A stretch of 64,000 nt of DNA from Azolla caroliniana (Eukaryota; Plantae; Polypodiophyta), in assembly GCA_043228905.1 (NCBI GenBank), contig JBHGNT010000005.1, positions 24,552,001 through 24,616,000 of the forward strand, written 5' to 3'. A program made the position numbers and the translations under genes. Position 1 is the first letter of the stretch, and every line of letters starts with the position of its first letter. The notes beneath the pieces were generated by a model. It worked only from the letters and a program-made list of their open reading frames with translations, did not search any database and had not been told where the DNA came from. Below, in pieces: positions 59,306 through 64,000 of this stretch.

Positions 59306-62086
59306 TTACGGAGAATCACTACTATAACTAATATACAATGACGATTCCTCCTCATCATCCTCGGATGTACCAATCAGTGCATTATCTTCGTCATAAACCA
59401 AATGGTTTGACTCTAGATTATATGTAGCAGATCTCGTTTGCCTTTGACTCGAGCCACCTTGTAGACCTGGTAATTTTTCTTTTATTATATCTATTGTTGA
59501 CTTCCTTAATCGTCCGACTTTTGTAAGTGTGAAGTCGTACACGATGATATCCACATCAGAGATATCAAGGGTCGAGGTGTTACGAATGTTTCGCTTCCTC
59601 TTCCTACCTCCCCTTCTTGTTTGGCATTCAATCATCTCCAATGTATACTTACCTGTAAAAGCATTTGCACTTCTAGTGTTGTACCAATGAACATTTATAG
59701 ACTTGATCGTGTTTTCTATTTCATGCATTAGCACTTCTAGAATTTTACCAACCTAAAATTGGTGGCCATGTGAGTTCTCATCAGCCGGCGTTGCAATCAA
59801 CATCCCCGCGGTGAGCTCTTGCAAATTTCCTTGCCATCTAGCTTCGGCTGCTTTGGTCATCCTTGGTCCCACATAAATGTCTCTTTGTTGTGGATGGACC
59901 AAGCTGTCATTAATCGCATTTACTAGTTGCTCCGGACTTCTATTTACGCGATCATGTTGCAACGACCATGTGAATGGCGTTTCCAAATTCCAATTATCAA
60001 CAGATACACAATTGTCTATAATTTCTTTCTGATCACTATAAAATACATCCCACCATGACGTGTCTTGTTGTGCGGCATATTTCTTGGCGGCCTCAATATG
60101 CTTTCTTTTTTCTTCTAAGGCTTGGAGCCATGACCGTTTTTGTTCTGATACCAAGTCGCTCTACAACTGTCCTTTCTTCTCAATTGGCATTTGCTTAGCT
60201 CCATGGACAATTGTACTCGGCATACAAAGTAATAACTGGCAACCACCTTCAGGTTCCCATGTTGTAGAAGATGAATATTGTTTGGCATACAAAAGTGTAG
60301 AACCACTTATTCCATTTTTCTTTATCAAAAAAATGTGATTGAAACTTATATTGTTTAACTGAGCAAGCACTTTAACATTCCCACCACCCCCATCTAATAT
60401 ATATCTCTTAAAGTCATATACCTCCTTCAAGTGTAACACTTTTGGGCGTGGTGTATAAGCATCACAAATGACATCAAATAGTTTAGGTAAAGTGAAAGCA
60501 TCATGCCGAGACAACTGTCTGGAGAATGTGCTAAACATCTGATCTATATGGTCATGTGTGTGGCCAACCAAAAGGAAATTGACTTTCACTTTCCTAAACA
60601 ATTCTAGGTTGACCAACATACTTAGATAGCCAAATACAGTTGAATTTTTGTTCTCTCTAGCAGTATTGTCCAATTGAATGTATAGAACAGGGGGGAAAGG
60701 TTGTCCCCAAGACATCAAAACTCGGTGAATCACTGTAACTGTTAGGTTAGGGTCATTGTGAACATTGGGGTAAGTAATGAAGACGTGAGGTCGAACAGAC
60801 CTATTATAAGCCAAGCATCCCACCAAGTGCATTTGAACAAGGCACTCATCATTGACATCTTTGGGGAGCCTCCGCATATGCGGCAAGCATGTCTTCTTCT
60901 GGTCCATGCCATCTATCATTAAGCACATGTATTGTTCGGGCCTCTTCAAACACTTCTCTCTATGATGCATCGCCTTCCTTCGTTCTAAGGATTGTGCCTC
61001 ACGATGCTCTTGTAGTAACTTCTTACTCGTATCCTTTTCCATTGATGTCTTTGCACCTTTAGCCAAACTTTTAAGATTTGCACAAATGGAGCAATACCCC
61101 ATACGTACTTTACGAGGAATAATAACATTTGAAAACCGAGCTCTCCATAATCTTGTGAATTGGCTATATGTGATCGACTTATTACGTGAGCCCAGCATAT
61201 CAGATCGATAGACATCATAAACTTCCCGACGTGTATAATTATCAGAAAGATGCATCCTACCTGTAGTGGGCATTACTTCACAATTTAACTGAAAGTAAGT
61301 TTTCATCCAGCCAATAGCTAGTCTTCCAATTGCACCTTTCATACTTGGAACCTCTTTACAATTGAGCATCTGATCCCCGCTAAGTAGACGTTGTTGTACT
61401 CTATGTAGCCGCATGTTACTAACACATAACGCAATTTTGAATGCAACTCTACATATCTGTTGCGCATGGAAGATATAATACTCGAATGATACTTTGATCC
61501 CCGTACATTTGTCAGATACTAGTTGCATATGTGACCCGAGGTAAGTGTCTTGCTCATCACCGGTCATCGAAAAATAGTATCGCCTTAATTCTCGCAACTT
61601 TGATTTTCCAATCATAGACATACAACCACGGGCACAACATATTTTGTTGACATCAAATCCAATCTGTTTATCTGATGTCACCAAGCTAAATCTAGCTAGA
61701 CGAATTCTTCGTGGGATTCTTCTAATATGCATAGGGCTCCCAGATTTCTCTTCCTGCATAGAGGTTGGTGTAACCTTGTTACAGTCTAATTCTTTGCTGT
61801 GACCATCGCCAATGTTATTCAATGTTTCATGGGCACTTCCTTCATTCTCGGTATCTTTATTAATATCATATTCTTCAATAGAGAACTCTTCACATGTGTC
61901 ATTATTTACATTCCTTGTAGATGAGCTCAGACAATATTCTTCGATAGAATATGGTGAGTCGGTCGACAGACAATATTCTTCAATCAAATATGGTGACTCT
62001 GATGACAAACAATACTCTTCAGTAGAAAACGATGGGTCTGATGACAAACAATATTCTTCAATCGAGAACGGTGAATCTTCACTCAT
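59306..62086 (-). pseudogene. Sola-like/DUF7869-type DDD transposase, ~926 codons with two in-frame TAG stops
   Basis: ORFs 60161-62086, 59753-60154 and 59306-59734 are one reading frame. Motifs: CCARGC, CSIC...H, MIDGMDQ, QLDNTARENKN, FLLVGHTHDHIDQMFS. C-terminal F(W)VGKI...VHWY...FTLTKVGRL domain. Confidence 0.75.
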
Positions 62087-62786
62087 GGCTTAAGGTCTAG
62101 ATAGGGCTCTCTAAGTTATGGGCTTAGGGGAAAGAAAAAAACTAATAACCTCCTCTCTAAACATATACTCCTCTCTAAACATAAACTTCTCTCTAAACAA
62201 AAGCCAAATCAATAGAATGTCTATATTATGTAATATTCTATTAATACAATACATCAAAAAATTATTTTTAATAAAGTAATTGTACTTAAAATATCAATTA
62301 TTATATAAACTAGATCTATATAAAGTTAAATCAAGTAAAATATAAAACTAATCATTAACAAGCCATGAATATGTTGGATTAATGTTAAAATCATTGGCTA
62401 ATTAATGGCACCCATTTTGATATAGAACGTCTCACTCATTGGTTCTTTAATGCTCACCATTTTAAATATTAGACTTATCAATCATTGGTTAATTTATGCC
62501 CACATCTTTAATACACAACATTTGAGAGTCATAAAAATTGTTGGTTTTAGTAATCAATCATTGGTACATTCATGAACCTCTATCATTGTCTCATTCATAA
62601 CCTTTGAAGTCATTGTAGGTTGTTATGACTATAAAAGATTGATCAATATGGTAGTTTGACTTTGTAATCATTAATACAATCATAAGTTACTCTAGTTAAT
62701 GTGACTATGGTTACCAACTAACTATGCTCAAAGTTACCAACCTTGGTTAAGGTGACTATGGTTACTTTAACCAATGTGTTCAATCC

Positions 62787-62973
62787 CTATAAATAGGAAG
62801 ACCTCGTCATATTTCACTCACCAGAGCATACAGAGCACACAGAATGTAGAGAGCACACAGAGCACACAAAGCACACAAAGCACACAAAGCACAAACCACG
62901 AAAGCGCGATCTCCGCCTCCACTTCCACACGATCAAACATGTCTTCAAAGAGAATCGAGCGCGAGGACTCCAG
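62787..62973 (+). other. Putative TATA box, 5' UTR and first coding exon (MSSKRIEREDS) of a divergent gene
   Basis: CTATAAATA at ~62787, CA(G/A)AGCACA 9-mer repeats in the leader, AAACATG at 62939, and donor CAG|GTAGG at 62973/62974. Downstream exons are not resolved. Confidence 0.4.
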
Positions 62974-63023
62974 GTAGGCCTCTGACACTGTGGACATTTT
63001 TGTAAATATGTTTCGTTTCTCAA

Positions 63024-63561
63024 GAACTCGATACCCCGTATCGAGTTCATGTATACAATACAAATATTTATACATGAACTCGATACGGCGTATCGAGTTC
63101 ATAATTTAATTTTGCTTTTTAAACAGGAACTCGATACGTCGTATCGAGTTCGTGTTTAAAGTGTAGGTTTTAAACAGAGGAACTCGATACGCCGTATCGA
63201 GTTCGTGTTTAAAGTGTAGGTTTTAAACACGAACTCGATATGGCGTATCGAGTTCCTGTTTAAAGTGTAGGTTTCAAATAGGAACTCGATACGGCGTATC
63301 GAGTTCGTGTTTAAAACTTACACTTTAAACACGAACTCGATACGGCGTATCGAGTTCCTGTTTAAAGTTTGAATTTTAAACAGGAACTCGATACGCCGTA
63401 TCGAGTTCCTGTTTAAAGTTTAGGTTTTAAACACGAACTCGATACGCCGTATCGAGTTCCTGTTTAAAGTTTAGGTTTTAAACACGAACTCGATACGCCG
63501 TATCGAGTTCCTGTTTAAAGTTTAGGTTTTAAACACGAACTCGATACGCCGTATCGAGTTC
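63024..63561. repeat. Array of 11 palindromic units, ~51-bp period
   Basis: GAACTCGATAC-NNN-GTATCGAGTTC starts at 63024, 63076, 63127, 63180, 63231, 63282, 63333, 63384, 63435, 63486 and 63537. Most units extend to TTTAAACA(C/G)...(C/G)TGTTTAAA. Confidence 0.97.
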
Positions 63562-64000
63562 CTGTATATAATAAGGCTTTGAGAGAGAAAAATTGTATTT
63601 TTGGGGTAACAAATAATTTTGGGATGGAAAAGATATCAAATTGTCTGGCAAAATCAGTCTTTTTATGTTGACTTTCCTTACTTTAAAAAAAAAACATGCT
63701 CTAATTATAGGTGTTTTATGACCTACTTTAGCTTAAAATAGTAGAAAATGATCCACAAATTGCCTTTACGATAGCAAATTCTCGTCAATATAGGTTTGGA
63801 ATCTATATAAGTCATACCTACTATTTAAAAGAATATATAACCCTTTTTACTTATTACGATATATATTTTCTAGGTTGAATAGCCCTGCCTATAATAGATT
63901 TTTGAATATAGGACTGCTCCTGGGAACTGTTCTTCATGTTAATATACAACCTTAATCTACGTGACTACCTAACTTATGTTTTTGCATATACTTTCTTAAA

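Noticed and set aside
59753-60163. Stop-codon readthrough or RNA editing restoring the transposase
   Set aside because: Both TAGs are simple transition mutations expected in methylated TEs, and plant U-to-C editing is organellar.
59306-62086. Fanzor/TnpB RNA-guided nuclease with the array as guide locus
   Set aside because: No recognisable RuvC I-III or TnpB zinc-ribbon arrangement; the motifs fit a DDD transposase.
63024-63561. CRISPR array
   Set aside because: The spacers are near-identical or inverted copies of one another rather than unique sequences, there are no cas genes, and the context is eukaryotic.

Overview
AT-rich nuclear DNA from a land plant, probably a non-seed plant given the Tcn1-like chromovirus, tRNA-Trp-primed gypsy elements and FANCB-like gene. 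There are four intron-rich host genes: the 3' part of an ERMP1/M28 peptidase (+, to 9090), a FANCB-like gene (+, 10908-16673), a katanin p60-like 2 AAA ATPase (+, 33814-39620) and ispD/MCT (-, 42028-46729). Two deeply nested TE clusters lie at ~19.6-27.6 kb and ~47.6-64 kb, and an hAT-type MITE family with 8-bp TSDs is dispersed across the window. Three features are least explained. (1) A Sola/DUF7869-like DDD transposase gene (59306-62086) is paired head-to-head with a second transcription unit carrying 11 long palindromes at ~51-bp period, some in flipped orientation. (2) A small LTR element (50769-53135) has tRNA-Arg primer-binding-like sites at both LTR junctions and no PPT. (3) A 3.6-kb insertion is bounded by two inverted LTR 5' ends. 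Family assignments rest on recalled motifs; no database searches were run.
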